A stretch of DNA of 64,000 bases from the human T2T-CHM13v2.0 reference genome, Homo sapiens. The notes beneath the pieces are model-generated. The model was not told the DNA's origin. It did not search any database and was given only the letters and a program-made list of their open reading frames with translations. The position numbers and the translations under genes are program-made. The stretch lies in NCBI RefSeq assembly GCF_009914755.1, contig NC_060934.1; one strand, 5' to 3'. Below, in pieces: positions 63,495-64,000 of the stretch; position 1 is the stretch's first letter; every line of letters starts with the position of its first letter.

Positions 63495-64000
63495 TCTTCT
63501 TTTTTTAATAGATTTAGGGGGTACAAGTGCATTTTTGTTACATAGATATATTACATAGTGGTGAAGTCTGAGCTTTTAGTGTGGCCATCACCCAAATAGT
63601 ATACATTGTACTCATTAAGTAATTTCTATCCCTCACCCTCTCCTGCCCTTCTGGGTCTTCAATGTGTATTATTTCCCATGTCCACTTGTACATATTATTT
63701 AGCTCCCACTTACAAGGGAAATAATGCAGTCTTTGACTTTCTGTGTTATTTCACTTAAGATAATGGCCTCTATTTCCATCCATGTTGCTGCAAAAGACAT
63801 GATTTCATTCTTTTTGTGGCTGAATAATATTTCATTGTGTATACACACATACACACACACACATATACAAAATCACATTTTCTTTATCCAGTCATCCATT
63901 GATGGACACTTGGGTTGATTCTGTATCTTTGCTATTGTGAATAGTGCTGCAAGAAACATACACGTACAGGTATCTTTTTTACATAATTTCTTTTCCTTTG
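63495..64000 (-). mobile_element. L1MA 3' end (runs off the window)
   Basis: gggtacaagtgcatttttgttacat...ttagctcccacttacaag...ccattgatggacacttgggttgattc. Confidence 0.88.

Overview
Primate (almost certainly human) genomic DNA, rich in Alu, L1, MaLR and DNA-transposon fossils. It holds the CpG-island promoter and the 5' part of CNNM1 (cyclin M1/ACDP1, DUF21-CBS-CNBH metal transporter family) on the + strand. Six phase-compatible coding exons run from 19267 to 54928, plus a 63-nt in-frame cassette exon at 58545-58607 flanked by RBFOX/QKI motifs. The gene continues beyond the window. The most notable unexplained signal is upstream, on the - strand (about 4.7-15.3 kb). There, a chain of unique segments bounded by canonical splice sites translates, across in-frame stops and frameshifts, into peptides resembling several RGS-domain helices of the RGS22/RGSL1 type. 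I read this as a decayed multi-exon (possibly unitary) pseudogene lying head-to-head with CNNM1. That family assignment rests on my recall of RGS motifs and needs an HMM/tblastn test. Repeat family names and boundaries were read by eye and are approximate. Most ORFs in the supplied track are Alu, microsatellite or GC-shadow artefacts.
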